Shown piece by piece: positions 1-11,457 of a stretch of DNA of 40,077 bases; positions within the stretch are counted from its first letter, which is position 1, and the number at the start of each line of letters is the position of its first letter. The position numbers and the translations under genes were made by a program. The DNA comes from Rozella allomycis CSF55. Taxonomy: Eukaryota. The stretch is from assembly GCA_000442015.1 (NCBI GenBank), contig KE560700.1:1-40077 (forward strand). Reading direction: 5' to 3'. The notes beneath the pieces are model-generated. The model was not told the origin of the DNA. It ran no database searches and saw only the letters and a list, made by a program, of their open reading frames with translations.

Positions 1-24
1 CGAGGACAAATATTTTGATTCCAA

Positions 25-1981
25 AGCCGAGCCGAGCCGACTATTAATTTTTTATATAATAAAATATAAGTCATCCATAAATCATTAATAAATGAAATTA
101 ATTTATTTCTTGTTCGATTTGTGAAGCTTGACGAAAAATTTTAGACACATTGCTGCCTGATTGGAAAGGCAGCTAAGACGATTACGACGCTTGGTTATGT
201 GCTCGGATGCGGCAGAAAACGCAAATTCGCTAGGCACGGATGTTGGCACTACACACAATGCAAATTTAACCAAATTTAGAAGGCGCGGATACTGTTCCCC
301 ATGCTCCTTCCACCAGGTCAAGACATCCATATTTTTGGCATGAATACTAGCACGGTCCAATCTCAAATAATACTTAAGCTCCTCGTCGTATATATCACAG
401 TTAGAACTTTGTATATCTTCCTCCTTGGTTTGTTTTAAAAATTGATCAAACATGAGTTCCCTTTGACTTTTCTTAACTGATGGAGCAGCAAAATCTGATG
501 TAGATTCAATAGTTAATTCATTATTTGATGTGTCAAAAAACTTCATCATGTCTAAAATAATGTTTCGAATAAGNTGACTTTCCTTAACTGATAGAGCAGC
601 AAACTCTGATTTAGATTCAATACTTAATTCAATTTTTGATGTGTCAAAAAACTTCATCATGTCTAAAATAATGTTTCGAATAAGGCCTCGTTTGTCCTTG
701 GGAGGTCTATATTAAATAACACCATTTATCAATTACCATTGTGTTCAATGAGGGACATAAGGATTCATTAGTTGAAGCCGTATCGAGCGTGATTGACAAA
801 ATTTTGTTTAGAATGCTGAATTCATCAAGGACGTTGTTAAGAAATGAATTTAGAACCAATGCTGTGTGTGAACCAGAAAACATTCATTCGAACATCCAAT
901 AAGACATTCCGGGCAATGCAAATATCACCTATCCAATGAACCGTTCGTTTGAAATTGAAGTCCACAAATCCAGGGTGAGAGCAATACCTTCAATTTTAGG
1001 AATTATATCAATAAACACCTTTTTTGCATCACGAAACCATGCAATGATGTCTTTGCGTACCGTGTGACGACATGGAAGTCTGAAGGAACTAACACAATTA
1101 CGCAAATCTTTCATAATTTGTTGCAGAAAAAGATTGAAATCGGTATTGTCTATTACGGAATATGTGTTACTGTCAGTCACAATCCATTGAAGCAACAAAC
1201 GAATCGCTGCTGGGGTCAGTGCGGGTAGTTTTTTTTCGGCGCAAAACAACGTGGAATCGACGGGCGTGTTGGTTTGTGATGCAGTTTCTCAAAATGCGCT
1301 TTTAGATTTTCACTTCCCCGTAGTTATGCAAAACGATTTTGGGCAATGATTACACTTCCGAATAAATTGCCCTCGTTTGCGCTACAGAAAGCATTTCGTC
1401 AGCCGCGGTAAGTATGCGCAACTCTGTTCTCATCCTAAGGAACTCTTGAAAATGGTTCCACAACGCCGCACGCACTGCACTTTTGACTTTGCTGCTGGCA
1501 TCCACGTCAGTGCGGACTTGAAATTGCGACACCGAATCAGATGGCAAAATCGTTTGTGACAACTTGTCATAATTATCCTTTTCACGTTCAATAAACACTT
1601 TGTAAAAAGTATTCGAATATCATTACATTGGCTAGTAGGCTCTAACACAGTCATTATTTGTTCCTGTTGACGAATGAAGGATTCACGCTCTTTAGACTCC
1701 TTTTCATCATTGCTTCGCTCATCTAAATTCACGGCCATGCTTCGTTTTCGACATTTGCGTGACTAGAGGCGTTTACAGCCATCCAATGTTCCATTATGAC
1801 AAGGCCAGAACCTAATTTGTTGCTTGAAACCCTCTTCACCAATGCCTTGGCCACAAAAGACATGCACATGACTTCCGCAGTCGGGACAAGTATGTGTATC
1901 ATCACACAACTCTATGCATTTAACGCATGGTTGCAACGTTTTTGTCATAATAATATTCTTTTTGCGAAATTTCGATATCAT
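25..1981 (-). mobile_element. Degenerate hAT-family DNA transposon (frameshifted transposase)
   Basis: C-terminal hAT dimerisation motif (DVLTWWKEH..YPRL..VVPTSVPSEFAFSAA..RRNRL) at 103-460. Catalytic-strand motif ALTLDLWTS with upstream PCRHTV at 929-1249. BED-finger-like start (ALWNHF) near 1450. The ORF is broken into several frames. (AGCCG)x3 at 25-39 may be a subterminal repeat. True ends not identified. Confidence 0.85.
464..684. repeat. Imperfect 110-bp tandem duplication around an N
   Basis: 464-573 and 575-684 are near-identical and separated by a single N at 574. Confidence 0.9.
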
Positions 1982-2254
1982 ACCTCTTACCTACTGTAGG
2001 GTCCTAGAAGTTTTTTCTCAGATCTGGGTTCCAAATAGTACGTTCTTTATTTTGTGATGTCGTCAACATAAATCTGACAATAATTAGTTAAAACTTTCGC
2101 GACCTTTGGGGTCCTCAGTTCAGCATTTGGTTCTGCAAATTATATGTCTGTGAAAAAGAAGATATAANCAAGAATCAAAAGTTTAATTGGCATTTACAAT
2201 TAATTTTCCAGTGTCAATTATTGTATTCCCCTGGTCCCTCCCTCAGTCGTATTG

Positions 2255-3103
2255 ATGTTCACCTTAAAAGTAAGCTATTTGACAAATAACAAAAGCCCTT
2301 AAATGAAAACGCTGAAAAATATATTGTGGTTAAAAATATATCTCCATACTCCAGTGAAAATAATGTTAAGGACTTCTTTGCTTTCTGTGGTACGATAACA
2401 GAATTCGAAATGATTCAGTATATTATATGATATTATTAAAAAGATCTGAGAACAATGTGACACAAGAGGCTTTGATCGGCTTCGAAAGACCTTCTGCAGC
2501 TAGGACTGCTTTGATGCTTTCCAATGCTATGATTGCTGACCATACGATTCAGGTGACACCTTATGATAATGGTTCCTTAAATTTGGAAAAAAGTGAGGAT
2601 ATTGATTCCAAGCAAGATGCTCCAAAGGTAGGTAGGCAAAATATCAGAGTAACTTTAGACATCAAAGACGCAGCAAGTAATGGCTGAAATATATGCAGCG
2701 GGGTATTTATTATCAAATAATGTAATAAAATCTGCCAAAACTGTAGACGGTAAGCATATTGCATATATAACAAAGACAAAGTTGGTGTTTCCGCCAAGCT
2801 GAAGCAAGTAACTGAAAAGGCCAAGGTTGGAATTGAATCATTGGATGAAAAGCTCCATATCAAGGAGAAGGCTAAGGAAGGTTATAATTCTTTTCAAAAG
2901 ACTGCCTCAGATTTTGACCATCGACTCAAAGTCACAGAAACGGTTGAAAAGGTAATTTAGTGAATAATTGTTTAAAGGCCATGAATAGTGAACCAGCGAA
3001 GAAAATATCAGGATTTTTCTCGACGCTGGCTCAAACTGTCTATGAAAACGTCAATGTTGTAAAAGATGAGGGAATGAAAATTGTATCTGAAAAGGGTATA
3101 TAA
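2255..3103 (+). CDS. RRM-domain protein (Vip1-like), about 5 microintrons
   Basis: Spliced reading YIVVKNISPYSSENNVKDFFAFCGTITEFEM..ALIGFERPSAARTALMLSNAMIADHTIQV. First intron is 2270-2295. Confidence 0.75.
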
Positions 3104-3146
3104 AAATAAAAATGAATTATTTATAGTATTTTTAATTATATCGAAC

Positions 3147-4926
3147 TTATACATTGTCCAATGAGCTATTTTTCTTTAAGTAATCCGTTACCAGAAATCA
3201 ACCGTCCTTTGGTGCGGAAAATAGCATAAAAAAGAAAAATTATTTTTCGAAAATGGGCCTGGATTTGCACAAACTGTTTCTTTTTGAGTTTCTTCGAAAC
3301 TTTCAAATGAATCTCCTAGAATTAACAATCAAATTTTAAAGGGCCTATTACCAGGTTTGGGTTAGGGAATAACGACAGTGAATGATCAAAATCCCAATAT
3401 ATTGGCTGGATATGTAATGGAAATGGTAATAAATGATGTGACTTTAGAATCGTAGAGACCAAATGGGATTTGAATAGGTCTGTATGTCGAGGCTCGAGAA
3501 TTGCATTTCTATGCACTTTTTTTGCCAAGTCATATCTAAAAAACACCAATTCTTGTGTACAAAAAATGATTCTGCAAGGGTTTGTAGTAAAATGAGCCTT
3601 TTTGCAAATTTGCCTAATTTTCAAAGTGAAAGAGTCTGGAATTGGCGCCATTGGATAAATAGCGCCACCAAATGGATCTTCTGGCCCAGGAATGAATACA
3701 AAATTTGTATTATTTGCCAAATTGGGGAATTTTGATATAAGCTGCGCTAATTGGTTGAATCCATCTATTATTCAAGATTAGATTCAATATACTTTGATAG
3801 GACTCGAATCCCATGGGCATTCCATTTACTGACTTTGACGAAAAATTGCCCAGAAAGATTAGTGCGAATGGCGTAGGCTTTGAATCATTTAACACTTGCA
3901 ATATTTTCCCAAGTGCTTGCAGAGTCTATGAATAAAAGTTTATCAAATTACCTTTTGATCGTCCAGATGTACTTCTGAAAAAATAAACCAAGCATTTTCA
4001 TTGGACTCGACCTCTAGTAAAACATCCTTTACAGATCAACCTAATAAATTACTTTGGTAAACGATTTTTGGTTTGAATTTATTAAATAATCAAAATTAAC
4101 AAAGTTCCTATTTTCTTCATTGGGGTCCGAGGGGAATCCAATGAAGCTAACCTTAAATACGCCACTTTCAAATACTCCTTCAACAATTACGATACACCCT
4201 TCTGTGAATAAGCCAATCGAGCAATTCTTTATTTTAAAGATAAATAGTTTTACCGCGTCGGAAAGGTCGATGGGAACGTTTGATTCTTCGTCTTCTAAAT
4301 ATAAACACCCATCCTTGATTTGCGATATCATGCCAAGCAAATACTTTCGATCAGTAGACCCAAGAAGCGAAGATATTTTTGATATTTTAAAGTTGTGTTG
4401 AAAGCAAAGATTAGAGCGTTCTAGATTCAGTCTAATTACTTGCAATCGTCTTTTTAACATTTCCCATTTCTTATTTTCCTTTGCTGAAAGGCTTTTTTCA
4501 ACATTATCAATCACAAAAGACTTTGTGAAAGAATCATACTTGTAGCGAGGCATTTCAAATGCATTGATAACTCTAAAGTGAGTCTGCGGATCTAAATCCT
4601 TTTTTAAAATGGCCGGTAAAGCATCTAGAGTTCTTGTACGTCGATTCTGTTGGAAAATTTGATGCACTACCTGTTCAAGAGATTCCTTTGTTATCAAATC
4701 ACTTGCGTCTTTGATGAAAAAATAAGAATAAAGTACCAAATGTTGATCTGTAGGTCGAAATTATATTTTCTAAAATTTGGGGCAAACTTTTCAAATCGAT
4801 GTTTCCCTCTTGCATAACTTCCAAAAGATATCGCACAGCATCAGTTTGCAAGGTTAATCCGTGAGTCTTTGTAAAGATTTGGAGAATAGCTCTTTTAATA
4901 TCTGTCACTCTTTTGTTCTCGATCAT
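3147..4926 (-). CDS. DPB2: DNA polymerase epsilon subunit B
   Basis: Motifs LLGMISQIKDGCLYLEDE, GLFTEGCIVIVEG, FVFIPGPEDP, TTNPCRI, QPIYWDFDHSLSLFPNP and NPGPF. Confidence 0.95.
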
Positions 4927-5265
4927 CAAGTATGGTTTCTGAAAAGTGTAGGAATTTTCAACTTTCGAAGACAAAAAATATTCCCTGAATAATTAGAAAA
5001 TACTGGTTATTACTCTACGCATTTTAAATTTTTTTCATAATTTTATTGTTTTTTGTGAGACATAACGAAGCAGAAATCTGAATTACCCACGACATTTATT
5101 TAGGACACGCATCTGGTTTATAGATTAACAGGGAATCGGTTAATTGTGAATATCTTTAATTTATCGTGGTTTCTCACACTTCGCCATAGGCGGAGTCCCT
5201 TTTGGCCATTCGAATCATACATATGTTGCTGCTTATAAGTAATAAAAAATAAAACTTAAAGAAAT

Positions 5266-6956
5266 TTATTTTTTAACTTTTTGGGCGAGATCTTTAAATC
5301 TCAAAATGCATTCTTTTTTAGATTTAGTGTTAACGTGAGTTGCAATGTTGGACCAACGTTGAGGATCAGAGGCAGGAAACTTTTTCAATCCTTCTTCTAG
5401 CAAAAGCTGTTCTTCTTTTGACCAAGTTATAATTTCAGGCGAATCTGAAGATTCATTTTGTATTCTAGGATCCTTTATTTTCCTTTCGAATTGCTGGAAC
5501 ATTGAAGTGTCTTGAATTGGATCTTTTATATTTATCTAAAATTATTACTCGATTGAACGTGCTTATACATTCTAATAACTTCCTTGGGTTCTCTTAATGG
5601 CTCATTTGTGTGGTGATTGATAAAATCAGCGATTTTCTCCCATCTTTCAAGGGTACCACCGGGGAAAGAATTGACTCCCTGAATCAGCGCTTGTATTTCT
5701 TTTGGATTCCATTCGCGCTCCTTGTTAGACTCAGCCACGGAAACAGGGGGTGGAGTTTTTGGCTTTCCAAACTTTTTCTCTTGGACCGTTTCGTTGAAGA
5801 ACCATTCTCCCATTTCTCTGCTCTCTTCCATTTTTGAATTAAATTCTCTCAACCCTTCCATCGTCATTTGTTCAAACAGATACTCCAACTTTGCCAATTG
5901 GTCAGTCATCGCATCCGGGGTGGCAACGTCTAAAAAGTAATTATATTCTTTTAATTTATTTTTAATAGCCTTTTTTTCTTTACGGATTGCATTTTTCAGG
6001 GCCTCTTTTTTCTTCTTTTCCTCCATAGCAGCCTCTTTGGCGGCCTCAGCCTCCCTTTCCTTTGCCAGCCTTTCTTCTTCAATTCTTTTCTTTTCCTCTT
6101 GCTCCTTCTTTTGCTTCAACATTATTTTTTCCATTTTTACTCTTTCTTTTTCATTCTTGGCTTGGTCTTTGAATTTTCTTAGACGGGGATCGAGTTTCAT
6201 AGCGTCAGATACGAGTTTATTGACCTTTGCAGTATCTTCTTTCTTTCTTCTTGTTCTTTCCGCCTTGTTCTGCTTTTCGATGTACCTTTTCTCTTCTCTA
6301 TTTTCACCTTTGCTAGAGTCTTCTTCATCCAATCCTTCAAATGATCTCCAAGATTCAAATCTAGCCCAAAAGTTATAAAAAGAATCGATGGTCTCTTTTG
6401 GATCATCAACACCGCCGAGTTGCGGAACTGGTTGTTTCTTTGAAAATCTTGATCTCCTCTCAAACACAGGGCCATAAATTTGCAAGAAATTTTCAGAAGT
6501 CACACTTGAAGTTTCTGGGATAGAATTATCAAACAATGGATCAATTGAATCAAATATTCTTCTTTTGACAGGATCACACATGCGATCATATGCTAAATAA
6601 AGAAAAGTATAAAAAATTACCTTGTTGAATTTTCTTAAATAGAGCATCATTCTCTCTCTTTCCAGTCTTGTCAGGGTGATAAACAAGTACCAACTTTCGA
6701 TCTAGTTTATGAACGACTAAAATAATTTACAGTTCAGTTTAATCATTTTTTCTGGGGCAGCATATCTTTCTTTCAATCCAAGAAGAGCGTATGGATCTTC
6801 CGGATACTGACGTAAAATATCATGAAGAATATCAACAGTCTCTTCAACAACTTGCTCCCCTTCTTCCTTTTCTGCGGCTTGTCTATTTTTTGAAACAGAA
6901 TAAAATTTCTCTAAATACGCAGGCCCAATGGCTGCCACACGAAAAATACTCGTCAT
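5266..6956 (-). CDS. DNAJC2: Zuotin/MPP11 J-protein with two C-terminal SANT domains
   Basis: J domain ([20 protein letters not shown]), zuotin motif [27 protein letters not shown], and SANT repeats ([36 protein letters not shown]). Confidence 0.93.
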
Positions 6957-7055
6957 TTTTTTTAGTGGCTGGGACTTGTAAAAAAAGAAACGTCTAAGAA
7001 AATACATACAAACAATAATGATAGATCATAGATGTAATAAAATTATAGCAAATTT

Positions 7056-8143
7056 TTATTTTCGTGATCTTTTAACTTGATTAGGATTGCGTTTTCCAAA
7101 ACCAACCACAACTTCTTGGGATCTAGCAATTTTATGAGACCTTTGCTTTTGACTTAAATTTATTGATGGGACATAATCAGGATCAAATATATTATCCGTT
7201 TTAAAAGAGGATTTATAGGATTTCACACCTTTAATGAACTCCTTTTGATCTTCACACAGAATTATATTTTCTGTCTTCTGGCCACCTTTAGGTAAAGGAA
7301 TTGAATACTTTTATTCTTGTATAATTATTTATTACCCTTGTTCCTCTCAAATTGTGCTGAAAATTCTTCTTAAGAAATAGTTGCAAATTCCCAGTTTGAT
7401 CAACTTTACAACTAACTCTACTTAAAGTTGAATGACCACAGTCTGGACAAAATTTCTTGTCCATCTTTTTTGTAATCCTTTTAATAAGAAGATTGAATGT
7501 TACGCAAAGCATGCGTGGCACCTAAGAATAAAGCTCTTGACATGCTTGATACGAAATCCATTTGGAGATACTAGATTTAATCGCAAATATAAAAGGACAT
7601 TCTATTATGTCGAGGAAAGTCAATTTACCTGAATCGCAAAATCCATTGAAATACAGGCGACCTTCAAAAAGGTTTCTTCATTTTTCTGGAGTTTTTTCTC
7701 CAAATGTTTTGGAGTTATCCACCCCTCGTCGTCACCGATTTCGTTGATATTCCAAGACTCAAAGGCGTCACAAACTTCTTTGACATCTTCTTCAGCCTTT
7801 TTGGATGATATTTCATATGTTTCATCCTTGAATCTTTCATTTATCATTAAAGAGAGAGCAATAACCCCCAAGTCTGTCCTTGATAGTACTGAAACATCTC
7901 CAGTATTTCTAGCCGCTTTAATAGCTATATTTCCGATAAAATATGTATACCTTGACTTAAAAATTCCGGGGAAGGCTCGGAAAGTCGTAATTTATCTTTT
8001 ATCAGTGAGAGGCGAGCCTTGGCGTTGGAATCTTTAATTTCTTTAACAACTGAAGGCAATGTATAGAATTCTTCGGCATCCATAGCACTTAAATTTGAGT
8101 TTATAAGCGCTCCAGCGTCTAGAACCAGAATTTTTGCTATCAT
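7056..8143 (-). CDS. NOB1: 20S pre-rRNA endonuclease (PIN domain plus zinc ribbon)
   Basis: LVLDAGALI, EIKD, GDVSVLSRTDLGVIAL, DDEGWITP, DFAIQ, FCPDCGHSTL, NLRGT and C-terminal GFGKRNPN. Confidence 0.95.
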
Positions 8144-8558
8144 AACAACTTTTCTAGTGTGGCTTAAACGGGTTGTGATCTTCTGGCTAAGAAAGAAGAA
8201 CTATTATAAATAAATTCGCATTACTTTAATTATACATACATAAGTAATTGCATTTTATTCGATGAGCGGTACGTTCGTATTTGCTTAAAGGCTCAATATG
8301 GATACACGTGGTGAACACTGCAAACATTGAATGTCAAGAACGTCAAATGGCCAACATCACTATCGCATGATGTGTTGATCGCATCGACATGGTATATTTA
8401 CCTAGAAGTACCTGATTTTTACCTAACACGAAACTCAAACTTGGGTCTTGAACTATTATAATTTTTCTTTATAAAGATAACTAGGTTAAGTTCACCTAAA
8501 TTACTGGGACCCAATGGTCCAGAAAACCAGGGTCTGTTTGTTGGTACTTCGTGCTGAA

Positions 8559-9662
8559 ATGATCGAACCGACAAACTCAACGCCGGACCAGAATAATACT
8601 GGAAACAATGTGTATAGACATCAGTAAGTTAATCACATTACAGATCTTATACCACCATCTGGTTTATATATTCCACTCTATCGGTTCTCGCTATACGTTG
8701 ACTAACATGTAGATTTCATAAGTTAATAATCATCCAGCAACCTATTCACTCTCGATCTTGTGGATTAGGGGAAAAAGGAAATGGTACAGTTCAGGTATGT
8801 ATAATAATATAGTGGACCGACGCCCAATAGATCCTCCTCCCGTTTTGCAGCTTATAGTTGAAACTAATGACAGGTAAGATAATGTTGTTTGGTATTACAG
8901 CGATTCAGATGAAATATGGCTGAACAATCCATATTATGTTGTCATAGCCTCTTTGGTAAATGCAGAAACCGGTAGCGTTGTTGAGCTTGAGGGAAAGGCC
9001 AAAACTCCTTTAGCGGGAAATTGCACTTCCTCGGGATTTAGGCTCAAAGATATGAATAACAATGACGCTCTATTTTTTGTGTTTCAAGATTTATCTGTTA
9101 GAATTGACGGAACATTTAAGCTTCGATTTGACTTATTTGAACTAGTTCAGTAATTAATTACTAGCAAAGAGACAAAGCGATAAAGCGTATTACTGCGCAA
9201 CTGCCAAATCAAACTCCTTTAAGGTCTACCTGGCGAAGCATTTCCCTGGTTTAAACGGTAATTTTATCAATATTATATAAAAGAATCGACACCTCTTTCG
9301 CGTTATCTGGCCGATCATGGTATTAAAATGAGAGTACGAAATGACGCAAGAAAAAGGTATGCTATTAAGTGGGTTTGTAAGAAAGAAGAAGAATAGAACC
9401 AAAATATCTTGAGAACTCAGAGGAATTTGATGAAGAAGTTATATATCCTTCACCAAAATGGTTGAATACTCGACGTCTTGCTTATTCTCTAAATGGTGTT
9501 CTTCATACCCATGACGAAAGAAATGAGAGACCACCTACAGACAATCAAAAGTCTGCATTTACTGTGTACAACCCAATTAGCTTAATTGAATCCACGGAAT
9601 CACGTTGTACTAAAGATGACGATGTAATTGTTCGCCCGAGCTTAAAAAATATTTTAAACTAA
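8559..9662 (+). CDS. Velvet-domain transcription regulator
   Basis: Spliced LIIIQQPIHSRSCGLGEK..DRRPIDPPPVLQL, LAGNCTSSGFRLKD, FFVFQDLSVRIDGTFKLRFDLFE, FKVYLAKHFPG..STPLSRYLADHGIKMRVR. The 5' exon structure is ambiguous. Confidence 0.93.
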
Positions 9663-9899
9663 ATTATGTATAATAAAAGATTTTTTTCTCAATTTAATGA
9701 TCGAAATTTGGCTCAGTGCTGTCTTTAGATGGATTATCAATTATCTTATCTCAAATCTCAATTCCCCTCTGAATAATTAATCATTTATTACTTGTTGCAA
9801 ATAGACATGTATTGATGAAATGAGTTTTTCTTGTTTTCAAGATTATCCTAGTGAGTAGCGATGTGACAAAATATTCCGGATCAATCAACTTCTTAAATC

Positions 9900-10786
9900 A
9901 TGGTGGCTTTATCAGAATCGTTAGTCGTCTCAAAAACCCGGATAAATAGCTTCCATTTAATAAGGAACATAAATCTCTGGTAACTAAACAATGTTATTGG
10001 TATTCATAGGGGAAATGACTTATCCGACATAAGTCTTTTATCAAAAATGATCAGTTTGAAAGTTCTTAGCTTAAGGTAAATTCAAGCGGTTTGATGGAAA
10101 GTGTGAACAAAGTGTCAACCATCGAGCCAATTTCCTATTGTAACCAAAAATCCGCCAATTAACAAAGGCGTATATCTAGAGGAATTATATCTAAGAAAGA
10201 ATAATATAAGCGATTTTTTGGAAATCCTACATCTGGTGCCTTTAAAGAATCTGAGGATTCTTTGGCTTGACGAGAATCCCATCGCCTATGAAAAACATTA
10301 TCGGAAATGGGTGATAGGAAATCTCCCTTGGTTAAGGAAGCTCGACGGTGTTTACGTTACAAAAGAAGAAGTCAAGGAATCCATAGAACTTGTTGAAGGT
10401 ATGTCAAAGATTAGAGGCGACAGTGAAACTAAAACCAATAGAAGCCTTAATCATGCAGATAAAGTGCTTGGCACAAGGCAAAGTTGGAAAAAGGCCGAGA
10501 AACTTCCAGCTGTATGTTCATACGTATTTGATAAAGAGGTTTCACAAATGCTTACAAAGCCAAGTGCAAGAACCGAAGAATCATTTGTAACAACAGAAAA
10601 AGAAGATTTGTTGATCGGCTCAGACTGCAAGACCAACAAAATTGTGAAGGTAACATATATAGGTTTAGGACACAGACAAATGTTGTAAAGGCTATTTTGA
10701 CTCTTTGTGAAGTTTTGGATACAGAGCAGATATCATTTTTATGTATGGAATTGAGTAATATTATTGATAAACGAACAATAAATTGA
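9900..10786 (+). CDS. CFAP410: Ciliary LRR protein (C21orf2/CFAP410-like)
   Basis: NINLWGNDLSDISLL..VLSLSVNKV..LEELYLRKNNI..LRILWLDENP..YRKWVI..LRKLD, with a C-terminal NVVKAILTLCEVLD helix. Confidence 0.85.
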
Positions 10787-10838
10787 ACTATGGTTTTTTC
10801 CTTCCAAGCCACATTTTTATTGCAATAATAAGTTTTTT

Positions 10839-11417
10839 ATGCTGAAATTAAGATTGGTGATGCCTAACGATAAGGAGTGTGGTATTTTTGAAGAATTTTT
10901 GCAGCACAATAAAATAGACGTGCGTTCAGACGAAACCATTGTCGAACAACGAGTAGACCAAAGTAAGTCCGGTGAAAAGGCAAGAAAATTTCACGAATAT
11001 AGACACGAAGAACCCGTGAAAAGACGAAATAGACTAAGTTTGCATCAAAAAGATGAGCTTGATAAATCTTTTACATCTTGCCCTCATCCTTCAAAGAGAG
11101 AAATGGAAAGGCTGGTGCAAACTACAAATCTTTCTTCAAAAACAATAAGAATTTGGTTTCAAAACCAGCGAGCGAAATCTAAGCGCATTAAAGAAAAGGC
11201 AATGGAAGAGGCAGAAGAAGACAGGAAAACGCCAACAACTAGAAAGTTGACTGAGAATCAAAGAAAGCAGTTAGAGGTTCTCTTTCTTTTAGATCCTAGC
11301 GGAGGAAATGTACAAAATGAAGATATCCAGCAAATAGCCGACTTTATTGGATCCGATATTTCCCTTGTAAAAAATTGGATTGAAATTCATCGATATCAAA
11401 ATAAACAACAACAATAA
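10839..11417 (+). CDS. Homeobox protein (one canonical and one atypical homeodomain), no evident intron
   Basis: KRRNRLS..HPS..IRIWFQNQRAKSKR, followed by a second unit RKLTENQRKQLEVLF..IADFIG..VKNW. Confidence 0.88.
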   Translation: MLKLRLVMPNDKECGIFEEFLQHNKIDVRSDETIVEQRVDQSKSGEKARKFHEYRHEEPVKRRNRLSLHQKDELDKSFTSCPHPSKREMERLVQTTNLSSKTIRIWFQNQRAKSKRIKEKAMEEAEEDRKTPTTRKLTENQRKQLEVLFLLDPSGGNVQNEDIQQIADFIGSDISLVKNWIEIHRYQNKQQQ

Positions 11418-11457
11418 AAACATAAAGCATCGATTTAACTTTATTTGTAGAAAAAAA

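Noticed and set aside
464-684. Internal protein repeat in the transposase (MMKFFDTS twice)
   Set aside because: The duplication is centred on an N, typical of unmerged overlapping contig ends from two element copies.
6037-6378. Antisense ORFs such as 6037-6378, 35308-35823 and 38583-39095
   Set aside because: These are Ser/Phe/Leu-rich shadows of charged proteins on the opposite strand.
8300-8416. Possible C/D snoRNA (ATGATGT..CTGA)
   Set aside because: Imperfect C box, no terminal stem and no recognisable rRNA complement.
9780-9899. RFX X-box upstream of ciliary genes
   Set aside because: No convincing match found upstream of CFAP410 or DRC2.
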